Virus record (IMG/VR): IMGVR_UViG_3300046167_000825
Span: 225,015 to 289,014 of that record
DNA length: 64,000 bases
Direction: 5' to 3' (one strand)
Shown here: in pieces, positions 40,138 to 48,877 of the stretch
How positions within the stretch are numbered: the first letter of the stretch is position 1
Layout of the letters: every line of letters starts with the position of its first letter
Translations under genes and position numbers: made by a program
The notes under the pieces: generated by a model
What the model saw: the letters and a program-made list of their open reading frames with translations, nothing else
The model's database searches: none
What the model was told of the DNA's origin: nothing

Positions 40138-40524
40138 ATGAAGAAAAAAGCAACAAGTTCCTACGCTTCTTGGGCGTTATTAAGTGAGGGTGTTTCCTCT
40201 GCGAGAGTTGAAGCCTATCGGTTAAGACACCTCGTCAATCGTGCTATGGCTCTCATTGAGCAATCTGTTGCCAAAGACCATCTGTATCAAGTGGCTGGAG
40301 ATATCATTATGGGTGTGCCTTCCCGTCTTGATAGGATAGAACAAACACTTGATAGAACTTCTTACGCTTTAGCGAAGATGGGGGATGCTCATCTCAAACA
40401 ACGCCTTCCTATCCACGATAGAGAAATGGTGGAAGAAAGTATCCAACGGGCTGACTTATTGAATCCGTCTTTTTCAAAGATGTCTTCTAATGTCGCTCAA
40501 AGATTCTTGGATACCGATAAATGA
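40138..40524 (+). CDS. probable internal head protein (C-terminal NVAQRFL tag)
   Basis: MKKKA start; late motif at 40082. Confidence 0.65.
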   Translation: MKKKATSSYASWALLSEGVSSARVEAYRLRHLVNRAMALIEQSVAKDHLYQVAGDIIMGVPSRLDRIEQTLDRTSYALAKMGDAHLKQRLPIHDREMVEESIQRADLLNPSFSKMSSNVAQRFLDTDK

Positions 40525-41537
40525 AAAAAGAAGCCCTTTCTAAATTACCCAGCGAACTGTCGGGTCAGAGAACCTTTGTACGGGATGAATCTAGTCGTGG
40601 GACACCCACAGACACAGATAGAACCCCTCAGAGTGTCTTGCCTCCCGATAAGGCGACACCTCGTTCTCCTTCTCGTGAAGATAGTAATAAGAAAGACAAT
40701 GTTTCTCATCTCGGCCCCACTTATTTCAATGTTCCCGATGGGACAGCCAAAGAAATCAAGCATAGGACTGTTCCAGCAGAGGGTGAGCAGTATGGGCATC
40801 CTTATCAGAATGGAGTGAATACTCTCAGACATCGTGTCGATCAGCGAACTGGCTCAGAGGAACTAGCCGAATCTATTGAAGCCATCTCCGATGTTTATCT
40901 CGGAGAGTTTGACGAACTAGATGACGACTTTGATGATGAAGGACTCACAGCCGAAGAAATAGAGGCGACTTCTCGGAGATGGAAAGGGAAACGCAGACCA
41001 TCAAAAGGTCGTGTGAGAACACGCCCTAGAAATGTCCGAACTAGATCAAAAAGATTGAGAAATCGTTCGAGAGGCAACAAAAGAAACAAGTATCAATACA
41101 ACTCCAAAACTAAGAAAGTAGAGAGAGTTAAACGGAAGCCGAAAGAGATACTCAATCGTCAGAAATATGACAGAGATTATAATCGAAGACAACGGAAACG
41201 GAATCCATCCACTCGAAAAAGACAGAGAGGATATTACAAAAAGAGAGCCACTGATATGAACTTGGAAGCAATACAAAGTGTGATGGCAGACATGGGTTTG
41301 TACGAAATCCGACCACCGAAGACAGACGAGTTGTATGTCCCAAGTGGTGTGCCTTACTCCCCCTCTGGTGGGAATGGCTATTGGAAAAGAGACCTCCCCA
41401 ATAGAAACCGAAAGCCCAGTGAGAGGCAAGACACCTCAAGAGAGCCGTCAGACATCGGAAACTCATCGAGAGTCGTACCTCAAGGGCAGTATGTCAAAGC
41501 GAGTATACGAGTGGCTTATCGCTTCTTGAATGGGTGA
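40521..41537 (+). CDS. probable internal head protein with acidic and Arg/Lys-rich blocks (C-terminal RVAYRFL tag)
   Basis: MKKEA start; protamine-like block. Confidence 0.7.
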   Translation: MKKEALSKLPSELSGQRTFVRDESSRGTPTDTDRTPQSVLPPDKATPRSPSREDSNKKDNVSHLGPTYFNVPDGTAKEIKHRTVPAEGEQYGHPYQNGVNTLRHRVDQRTGSEELAESIEAISDVYLGEFDELDDDFDDEGLTAEEIEATSRRWKGKRRPSKGRVRTRPRNVRTRSKRLRNRSRGNKRNKYQYNSKTKKVERVKRKPKEILNRQKYDRDYNRRQRKRNPSTRKRQRGYYKKRATDMNLEAIQSVMADMGLYEIRPPKTDELYVPSGVPYSPSGGNGYWKRDLPNRNRKPSERQDTSREPSDIGNSSRVVPQGQYVKASIRVAYRFLNG

Positions 41538-41560
41538 ATAACCCCAACAAGGAAGAAACA

Positions 41561-41896
41561 ATGGGTACTAATTTTTATATGAAAGTTGCCATTGATACTC
41601 CACACAATTGTGAGTTGCACCACATTGGGAAGAGATCCTATGGTTGGTGTTTCTCGCTACACGCAAATGCAAAGTATGCCCTTATGGATCTAGGGAGATG
41701 GACTGCTTTCCTAATGGGGGATAGCGTGGTGCGTATCTTCGATGAGTATGGGAATGATTACACTTGGACTGAGATGGTGCAGATAATCATTGATGATAAG
41801 ACTTGGGAGGGGAAAGAGCCACAAAGACACAACAGAGAAGAGGTTCTATTCAATGGTGAAGAACACTATGATGTTATCACTGGGCATTTTCGCTAA
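41561..41896 (+). CDS. hypothetical phage protein
   Basis: MGTNFY...HIGKRSYGW.F...IFDEYG. Confidence 0.65.
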   Translation: MGTNFYMKVAIDTPHNCELHHIGKRSYGWCFSLHANAKYALMDLGRWTAFLMGDSVVRIFDEYGNDYTWTEMVQIIIDDKTWEGKEPQRHNREEVLFNGEEHYDVITGHFR

Positions 41897-41963
41897 GAAT
41901 CTCAAGGTAGCCTTTTTACCACGAACGGTATAGTAGAATATATCTTTGAAACTCGGTGGAAGA

Positions 41964-43163
41964 ATGATTATCACTCACGCAAAAAAACCAACGGATAAAA
42001 AAGCCTATAAATATCTCTCTTTGTTTAGTGGTATTGAGGCAGCAAGTGTCGCTTGGAAGGACTTCGGATGGTCTTGTGTCGGTGTCAGTGAAATTGACCC
42101 CTTCCCTTGCGAGGTCTTAAAGAATCGTTTCCCCAATGTACCTAATTTGGGTGACATCACAAAAATCACAGAGGAGCAATTAAATGATCTCAAACATAGA
42201 CACGGAGGAATTGACATCGTGGTTGGCGGAAGTCCTTGTCAATCCTTCTCTCTCGCTGGAAAACGACTTGGACTCAAAGATCCGAGAGGCAATCTTATGT
42301 TTGAATATTGCCGAGTTGTTCGAGCCGTACTCCCGAAGTACTTCATCTGGGAAAATGTCATTGGAGCACTTTCAAGCAACGGAGGAAAAGACTTTTCTTC
42401 CCTCATCGGGGAAATGGTTGACATCGGGTATAGTTTGTGCTGGAGAGTGTTGGATGCACAACACTTCGGAGTCCCCCAAAGAAGGCGTAGAGTCTTCCTT
42501 GTCGGAAGTCTTGGAGAAAACAACCGTGCCTTCGACATATTATTTGAGCAAGAGGGCATCACAAGGGATCTTGTCTCGTGCCGAAAAGCGAGGGAAAACA
42601 ATCCCCACCCAGTTGAAGGAAGCATTGGAAACGATAGCCCACAAATAGCCTACAATATCACATTCAATGATGCGAACGGCAGAAGGAAAGATAGACCACA
42701 CGGTGGCTGTTATATCAATGAAACAAATACAAGTAATGCCATAACAACTGGTGGTGTGTCTGACACTCGCATTGTAGAGAGTGTTGGTGAATACTATGAG
42801 CATCACCAACAAGATAGTAGAATTAAGGGGCCAAAAAATATTGGTAGCACTGTCACGGCAATGTATGGGACTGGTGGTGGGAATACCCCCCTTGTACTAG
42901 AATCTCAATCAGAGATGGCTGGCATTGCTCCTTCCGTGAATGAAATGAGGGGTTCTGATGCTGTTCGTCTAACCGCAAAAGTTCGCAGACTCACCCCCCT
43001 AGAATGTGAAAGACTTCAAGGCTTCCCCGATAACTGGACTGAGATTTCTTATCGGGGCAAGAGCAAAGAGAAATGCCCCATGAGTTCTCGATACAAAGCA
43101 TTGGGAAACAGCATGGCAGTTCCCGTGATGAGGTTTATCGGCTTGGGGATAATGGGGCAGTGA
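41964..43163 (+). CDS. C5 DNA cytosine methyltransferase 3
   Basis: SLFSGIE, GGSPCQSFS, ENV, PQRRRRVF, RRLTPLECERLQGFPD, GNSM. Confidence 0.93.
   Translation: MIITHAKKPTDKKAYKYLSLFSGIEAASVAWKDFGWSCVGVSEIDPFPCEVLKNRFPNVPNLGDITKITEEQLNDLKHRHGGIDIVVGGSPCQSFSLAGKRLGLKDPRGNLMFEYCRVVRAVLPKYFIWENVIGALSSNGGKDFSSLIGEMVDIGYSLCWRVLDAQHFGVPQRRRRVFLVGSLGENNRAFDILFEQEGITRDLVSCRKARENNPHPVEGSIGNDSPQIAYNITFNDANGRRKDRPHGGCYINETNTSNAITTGGVSDTRIVESVGEYYEHHQQDSRIKGPKNIGSTVTAMYGTGGGNTPLVLESQSEMAGIAPSVNEMRGSDAVRLTAKVRRLTPLECERLQGFPDNWTEISYRGKSKEKCPMSSRYKALGNSMAVPVMRFIGLGIMGQ
42184..42648 (+). CDS. nested alternative-frame ORF inside methyltransferase 3 (beta-subunit-like)
   Basis: 154 codons open across motifs IV-VIII; SSLSEVLE...YYLS.RA..GIL.RAEKRGK. 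Confidence 0.55.
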   Translation: MISNIDTEELTSWLAEVLVNPSLSLENDLDSKIREAILCLNIAELFEPYSRSTSSGKMSLEHFQATEEKTFLPSSGKWLTSGIVCAGECWMHNTSESPKEGVESSLSEVLEKTTVPSTYYLSKRASQGILSRAEKRGKTIPTQLKEALETIAHK

Positions 43164-43251
43164 TCGATCTTCAGTCGTTCTTTTATATGACGACCCAATA
43201 TGGAGAGAGAGGGGTTTGCCCAAATCTTTTTTATTCCATACAGAGGTGTTT

Positions 43252-43785
43252 ATGATCAGCAAGATTGAGAAAGACTGTTTGAACTGTGGTGAGAAGTTCA
43301 TGGCAGTTAAGACCGAAGTTAAACGAGGCAACGGAAAGTTCTGTTCCCGTAGTTGTTGTTCGCAACATCGTGTAGCCCAAAGAGAAAAACCCCAGCCCAA
43401 TGTTTCTTGTGCCAACTGTGGGAAAGAGTTCTATAAAAATGCTAGTAAGAAACGGAACTCAAAATCGGGTTTGTTCTTCTGTGAACGAAAGTGTAAAGAT
43501 GAAGCACAGCGTATGGGTGGGATCAAAGAGATTATGCCAGACCATTATGGCAAGGGTACAAGAACTTATGTTTCTATTTGCAAAGCACACCACGATATGA
43601 TTTGTGTGGTCTGTGGTGAGGACAAAATTGTAGCCGTTCATCATTATGATAGAAATCACCACAATGACGACCCAAAGAACCTTGTGCCTCTTTGCCCTAC
43701 ACACCATTATTATGTTCATAGTCGATACGAGTATTTGGTCGCTGATGTGATTGATGATTATGTTAAGACCAAGTGGTCTGAATAG
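43252..43785 (+). CDS. HNH endonuclease with N-terminal Zn-finger repeats
   Basis: Two C..CG..F...FC...C units; CVVCG...VHH.D.N..N....NL..LC..HH...H. Confidence 0.85.
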   Translation: MISKIEKDCLNCGEKFMAVKTEVKRGNGKFCSRSCCSQHRVAQREKPQPNVSCANCGKEFYKNASKKRNSKSGLFFCERKCKDEAQRMGGIKEIMPDHYGKGTRTYVSICKAHHDMICVVCGEDKIVAVHHYDRNHHNDDPKNLVPLCPTHHYYVHSRYEYLVADVIDDYVKTKWSE

Positions 43786-43816
43786 TTCGTCTATAATCAT
43801 ATATAGAGAAGAATAT

Positions 43817-43889
43817 GGGGGCATAACTCAGTTGGGAGAGTGTCACCCTTGCAAGGTGAAAGTCGTGAGTTCGAATCTCACTGTCTCCA
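43817..43889 (+). tRNA. tRNA-Ala(UGC)
   Basis: Cloverleaf: GGGGGCA/TGTCTCC acceptor stem with G3:U70, anticodon arm TCACC-CTTGCAA-GGTGA, TTCGAAT loop, discriminator A; CCA not encoded. Confidence 0.93.
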
Positions 43890-43921
43890 TTTTCTTCTAT
43901 CTTTTCAAGGACTTACACTGT

Positions 43922-44566
43922 ATGTTAACGGCTATGGGCGATGTAATGAGGACTGCTTACGAGCGTGGTTGGATAACCACCCGTGATGGCAATATCTCAG
44001 TGATGATGAAAGAGAGAGATACTTTATACATCACACCGTCTGGTTGGAGAAAGACTATTCTTCATCCCGAACATATTGTTCGTATCAAGACCAATGGTGA
44101 CCTTCTGAATCTGTCTGAGTCACAGAACGCAAGTGGCGAACTAGAGATGCACTGGCTTCTCCAAAAGTCTTACGCCAAGACCAGATCAGTAGTCCATCTT
44201 CATCCGACATATACAATTGCGGCTATGTTGAGGGGTTTCGATCTCCAAAAACTTTCAAATCATTTCCCAGAACTATCAAGATATACGAGGGTTGGTCGGA
44301 CAGTGCCTATTCTTCCCGTGATATCCCCCGAACTAGCCGTTGCGACAGCCCAAGCCTTTAGGGTGACCGACAAAGGGGGTGTTTCTTACGACATCGTTGG
44401 TCAGAGGGGTCATGGTGTTTGTGCAGTGGCGAAGAATCCTTGGGATGCCTTTGAACACATTGAGAGATTGGAACACATTTGTCAGATTACATTGGCGAGT
44501 GGGGTCGAACCTAGTTTTTTTGAACCCATCCCTCCTCAGAGAAATGCCACGAGTACCTTCTTATGA
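43922..44566 (+). CDS. class II aldolase/adducin-family protein
   Basis: DGNIS, ITPSG, SGELEMH, VHLHP and GHG Zn-binding motifs. Confidence 0.85.
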   Translation: MLTAMGDVMRTAYERGWITTRDGNISVMMKERDTLYITPSGWRKTILHPEHIVRIKTNGDLLNLSESQNASGELEMHWLLQKSYAKTRSVVHLHPTYTIAAMLRGFDLQKLSNHFPELSRYTRVGRTVPILPVISPELAVATAQAFRVTDKGGVSYDIVGQRGHGVCAVAKNPWDAFEHIERLEHICQITLASGVEPSFFEPIPPQRNATSTFL

Positions 44567-44958
44567 AAATCGCTAAAACCATCCCAGAAATCCTATCTCA
44601 AACCGACAAGAAGATTCTTGGTCGTGCTAGGGGTGTGAATCCAACACTCAAGGGTCAAGAGGGGAAAGTGGTTCAGTATGAGGTGAAGGGTTCAAAGGCT
44701 TACACTATTGATGTGGAGTTTCGAGGAAATCATGTGAAGGTTCGGTGTTCGTGTGATGCTTTTGTTTTTCAAGGGAGTGAATATCACGCCAACAAGCAAA
44801 AGTTTCTGTATGGCAAAGCGAAGGGGAACTTAGCCGAACCCACTAAGCGTGACCCAGAGGGAAAGAACTTGGTATGTAAGCATATCGTGGCAGTATTTGA
44901 TAACATTGTGGGTAGTAGTATACAGCGAGTCGCTTCTCGTTATTTGTTTGATACTTAA
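44563..44958 (+). CDS. SWIM-type zinc-finger protein with C-terminal RVASRYL tag
   Basis: CSC.AF...CKH. Confidence 0.72.
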   Translation: MKIAKTIPEILSQTDKKILGRARGVNPTLKGQEGKVVQYEVKGSKAYTIDVEFRGNHVKVRCSCDAFVFQGSEYHANKQKFLYGKAKGNLAEPTKRDPEGKNLVCKHIVAVFDNIVGSSIQRVASRYLFDT

Positions 44959-44978
44959 ATACTCATAGGAGAACCTTA

Positions 44979-45368
44979 ATGCCCACATATACATTTCATT
45001 GTAAATCTTGTGATACCGACTTCGATTTGAAACTCCGAATGGGTGACCGAACGACACACCCTTGTACTTCGTGTCAAAGTTTGGATAACACAAGGGTCTT
45101 TTCACCTATGAGTGTTGTCCTAGAGGGTGACGGTTGGACTGGCAAGAACATCAAGATTCGTGGGCAGATGAAAAGAAAGAATGCTCGCATTGCTCCTAAA
45201 GAGCGTGAGTTCGTTCGTGATTCTAATGAAATGAAAACAATGACAATCCAACCCAATGTAGATGGGGAACGGACTGACACTTGGGTTGAGGCGAGAGAAC
45301 TTGCTCGGTCGAAGGGCAAGGACACATCTGGTTATGACACTTATGTCAGAAAGGAGAAAAGCAAATGA
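44979..45368 (+). CDS. FmdB-family zinc-ribbon protein
   Basis: MPTYTFHCKSC...CTSC...G.GW. Confidence 0.78.
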   Translation: MPTYTFHCKSCDTDFDLKLRMGDRTTHPCTSCQSLDNTRVFSPMSVVLEGDGWTGKNIKIRGQMKRKNARIAPKEREFVRDSNEMKTMTIQPNVDGERTDTWVEARELARSKGKDTSGYDTYVRKEKSK

Positions 45369-46072
45369 TTACATTATCCGAAAGAAAGAAAAACTATATC
45401 AATGTGGTGATCCCTCTCCGTGAAGGGGTTGGCTCGTACAAGGTGTTCCTAGCAAACACATTGGATAATGCCTATGACCCAACAGCCCTCGTTGAGATAT
45501 TTGAAGTTCGGCACAACAAAACCTTCTTGTCGCCCAGTATCAAGAAGTCTCGTAATCCTAATTACGAACTAGGGGTCAATAGTAAGATCACTCGGTTCGT
45601 CTTTGACCCAATGGATTATTATGACCCAACTACGAACACAGCCACCGATGAACAACAGATGTATGTCCGAGTGCAAGAAGTAGATAAATCTGGCACGGCT
45701 CTATCTTTATCTGAGATTCTTATCATCCCTCCCCCGAACTTTTTTATGTATCCAAGTGGGGCGATCACCGTGACATCTGACACAGTGGATAATCACGGGA
45801 GTGTATCCGTTGGTTCTCTCCCCCACCCGACAGACATGACCTTCGTAGTTCCGAACTATCTGAACTTCTTCCGATTGCATGTCCCTTCAGCAGCAACACA
45901 CGATTTACTGTATTCCCCCAATAAAGGGATGCCTTATGTCCTAGTTCCAAAGGGACAGATATTCAATCTCTTTTCTATCGCCAACAATCAGTTGTACTTC
46001 GCTTCGGCTGGTGCTGGTGCAACGGAGTTCAATCTGTTCCTCACTTGTTCGCTTGACCCCATAGATGGATAA
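45365..46072 (+). CDS. beta-rich hypothetical (virion?) protein
   Basis: ATGA overlap; Ig/FN3-like composition. Confidence 0.55.
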   Translation: MITLSERKKNYINVVIPLREGVGSYKVFLANTLDNAYDPTALVEIFEVRHNKTFLSPSIKKSRNPNYELGVNSKITRFVFDPMDYYDPTTNTATDEQQMYVRVQEVDKSGTALSLSEILIIPPPNFFMYPSGAITVTSDTVDNHGSVSVGSLPHPTDMTFVVPNYLNFFRLHVPSAATHDLLYSPNKGMPYVLVPKGQIFNLFSIANNQLYFASAGAGATEFNLFLTCSLDPIDG

Positions 46073-46196
46073 TCTTTCTATATTCCTTTTTAATTGCCTC
46101 CTTGTTTGATGGGGGCGAAATCTTAATCTCGTTATTCGTTCGATAAAGTACTCTTATTAACGAATACCCCTATCAAAAATATTCTAGGAGAAAAAA

Positions 46197-46680
46197 ATGG
46201 CTGAAATCTTTGTTGTAAATAAATCAGCGGGACTTAATGGAGCGTTGGTTTCTGACCTTCCCGTAACCAATTCTGCCCCCGTTGCTCGTCAAATCCAATT
46301 CTATATCGCTTCTTTGTACAGTGGTTACGAAGCAGAAATCACTGAGTATCTGACTGCTGTCGGTGCGACTGCTGTTTATGCAGACATCGCTGGTGCAGTT
46401 GCTGCTGGAACTGCTCTTGATGCTGCTTCAATTGGTAAGGAACTACGGAACTGGTTCTGTTGAAGATGTTCTTCGTATCCTTGTTGGTGCTAACAGTTCT
46501 GATGGTATGATTGAAGAATCTGCAAATCTTGGTAACCACCGAATCTTGGGTGGAACTACTCGCAGAATCTATACCCGTGACCGTGTTGATGCTTCAATTC
46601 ATGAAGGCTTCCTTCGTGCTCAATTGGATGCTGGATCAATCATTATCTATTCACTTGACGGCTCTGTCGCTCACTCATAA
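46197..46680 (+). CDS. virion protein paralog A (+1 frameshift at about 46439)
   Basis: Two ORF halves that together align end to end with the intact paralog at 46694. Confidence 0.75.
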
Positions 46681-46693
46681 TTAGGAGAATCCA

Positions 46694-47203
46694 ATGGCTG
46701 AGATTTTTGTAGTAAATAATAGTTCTGCTCTTGTAGGGCAATATGTGTCTGACCTTCCAGTTGTCAATGAGACACCCGTATCTCGCCAGATTGGGTTCTA
46801 CTTGCCAGCAGTGGCTTCATCTTATCAAGCGACTTTGAGTGCATATCTTACTGATACTGCTGCTGTTTTCGGTGCTGATGCTGCTGATGCAGACGCTGGT
46901 GCGACTGCTATCATCGGATTGATTGGTGGGGATATCACGGAAGCCACAATCAACACTGCGTTCGGTCTTGGTGGGGATGTTCTTAACGGAACAGCAAGCA
47001 TTGAAGAGATCATTCGTATCCTTGTGGGAACAGACAGTGCTTTCACTGAAACTGGTATTGTTGGGAATCACCGTTTACTCGGTGGGAAACGCAGAATATA
47101 CTTGCGTGACCGTGTTGAGGCTTCTCTTGGAGAAGGTTTCCTCCGTACATTCTCGGATGCTGGTGACTTGGTAGTGTATCTTGCAGACGGTACTGTTGTG
47201 TAA
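46694..47203 (+). CDS. virion protein paralog B
   Basis: MAEIFVVN...VSDLPV...RILVG...GNHR.LGG..RIY.RDRV.AS shared with paralog A. Confidence 0.75.
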   Translation: MAEIFVVNNSSALVGQYVSDLPVVNETPVSRQIGFYLPAVASSYQATLSAYLTDTAAVFGADAADADAGATAIIGLIGGDITEATINTAFGLGGDVLNGTASIEEIIRILVGTDSAFTETGIVGNHRLLGGKRRIYLRDRVEASLGEGFLRTFSDAGDLVVYLADGTVV

Positions 47204-47270
47204 GGTTCAATAACCATTCGATAAACAAAGGGTGTTGAGAAATCAACGCCCTTTTTTGTGGAGAAAATAC

Positions 47271-47534
47271 ATGTACCCCAACAAACGACAACAAGTACAA
47301 GACGGACGATATCGAACAAGTGACCTATACTATGCAGCCTACTTGAAGGTGGCTGGTGTTCAATTGATAGACACCGAGAGGGAAGGTCATCGTGTTTTCT
47401 TTGTGTTTGAACACACCCCCACAATCAAAGACCTCAAAACCGAATACTTCAATCGCACCTCGAAAGTTCCAGCCCTCACATACGCTGACGAAATCCGAAC
47501 GATGAAATCATTAACCCACATGGGTTCTCGTTGA
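47271..47534 (+). CDS. DUF5659-like small winged-helix protein, copy 3
   Basis: TSDLYYAAYL..AG......RVFFVF. Confidence 0.7.
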   Translation: MYPNKRQQVQDGRYRTSDLYYAAYLKVAGVQLIDTEREGHRVFFVFEHTPTIKDLKTEYFNRTSKVPALTYADEIRTMKSLTHMGSR

Positions 47535-47645
47535 ATCCTTTGTCGCAGACGGGTATCCAGTGGAGTTGAAACGCTAGACCCACTATCCCCCTACCAAGAA
47601 TCTAGGAATTAAGTCTTAAAAAAGACCCTTGATATTCTAGTTCGC

Positions 47646-47685
47646 AAAAAACCCTTTCTGGCTCATCAGAAGGGGTTTCTTTTTT
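47646..47685 (+). terminator. intrinsic terminator (possibly bidirectional)
   Basis: AAACCCTTTCTG/CAGAAGGGGTTT stem with A run before and T run after. Confidence 0.75.
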
Positions 47686-47927
47686 GTGGGAAATCTTAAA
47701 TGCACATGGACAGTTTTTGACCTTGAGAAAAACCTCGCAACAATGCCGATTCTTTCGTGGTAACCTCAGATTCCAGATGGAAACAATGTCTTTCGGTTGG
47801 GACTTTAGTTCGCACCCCCTTCAGACACTCTAGGAGGCAGATATCTCTCGTGGATAGTTCGAGGATTCACCTCAAATAAATATCAGAACTGACACTGGGA
47901 ACTTGGAAGATAAACTCTGAGGAACAT

Positions 47928-47962
47928 AAAAAAAAGGTGGGAACTAGAAGCCCCACCTTTTT
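47928..47962 (-). terminator. intrinsic terminator (possibly bidirectional)
   Basis: A8-GGTGGG...CCCACC-T5. Confidence 0.7.
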
Positions 47963-48137
47963 AGAAAATCAATCAACCTTTTCTCGCTCTAATTATTTCA
48001 ATCAAAATAATCAAAATGAGCATTGTGGTGAAGGGGTGCTTATGGAAGCACCACCCCACCACTGAAACCACAAGGAAAGTCACTATTAGCAACACTAGGA
48101 GAATAACATACATCACCTAGTGTGGGAAATAAAATAA

Positions 48138-48719
48138 TCATTGAAGTCCTTTAATAAAATCTTTCAATGCCGTGAGGTCTCCTCCTTCGACCCCCGTCCA
48201 AAGGAAACCATGCCCCCCAGCCTTGTTCCATTCTTTTATGGTGGTGTGGTGATCATCAATCAATACGGCATTGGGCTTACAGAAAGAAACCTTCTCAGAA
48301 CGAGGAACGACATTAACAACAGCCTCCGACCCCAACACCTCACGGACATATCTCGTCTTGTCCTCCTCAGCATACATACCAATGGGAGCAGTGAGAAACT
48401 CATAATAGAAGCCACTGTTCCTCACCCAATCCCATAGCCCATTGTGTTCCATTGTTGGGAGGTCGTAGAACCACCCCTCTTGACACCCTATCTTATAGAG
48501 TAGGGGTAAGACTACTTTATGATTTAACTCGTCTTTCTGGAGGGGGTAAGCCTTTCCGAAGACCTCAATGTATTTCCGTAATCCTTTCTTGAGGCTCTTG
48601 CTTTCAAGGGCTTCCATCTCTGTGTCGGTAAGGGTCGCCAGTCGTTTAATCTCTGTGACCATAGCCAAGCCAAAGTCACAGACACAGCCATCCATATCTT
48701 GATAAATTGTGATAGACAT
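48138..48719 (-). CDS. HAD-family 5'(3')-deoxyribonucleotidase-like protein
   Basis: DMDGCVCDF, FLTAP, K, LIDD motifs; AGGAGG RBS. Confidence 0.82.
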   Translation of the reverse strand: MSITIYQDMDGCVCDFGLAMVTEIKRLATLTDTEMEALESKSLKKGLRKYIEVFGKAYPLQKDELNHKVVLPLLYKIGCQEGWFYDLPTMEHNGLWDWVRNSGFYYEFLTAPIGMYAEEDKTRYVREVLGSEAVVNVVPRSEKVSFCKPNAVLIDDHHTTIKEWNKAGGHGFLWTGVEGGDLTALKDFIKGLQ

Positions 48720-48877
48720 AAAAAATCCTCCTTTGTTTGTCCAAATCATATACGGAAAAAACTACTTCAATCAACCGTAATCTAAAACACTTTACCACCC
48801 CCATTAAAATAGGAATCTCTTCCCAATTCCCATGAATCCTTTTATATTCCTATTTCAATAGGAACAAGGAGATAGAC

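Noticed and set aside
43751-43921. N-terminal extension of the aldolase ORF in the track
   Set aside because: It overlaps the tRNA-Ala; the real start is most likely ATG 43922
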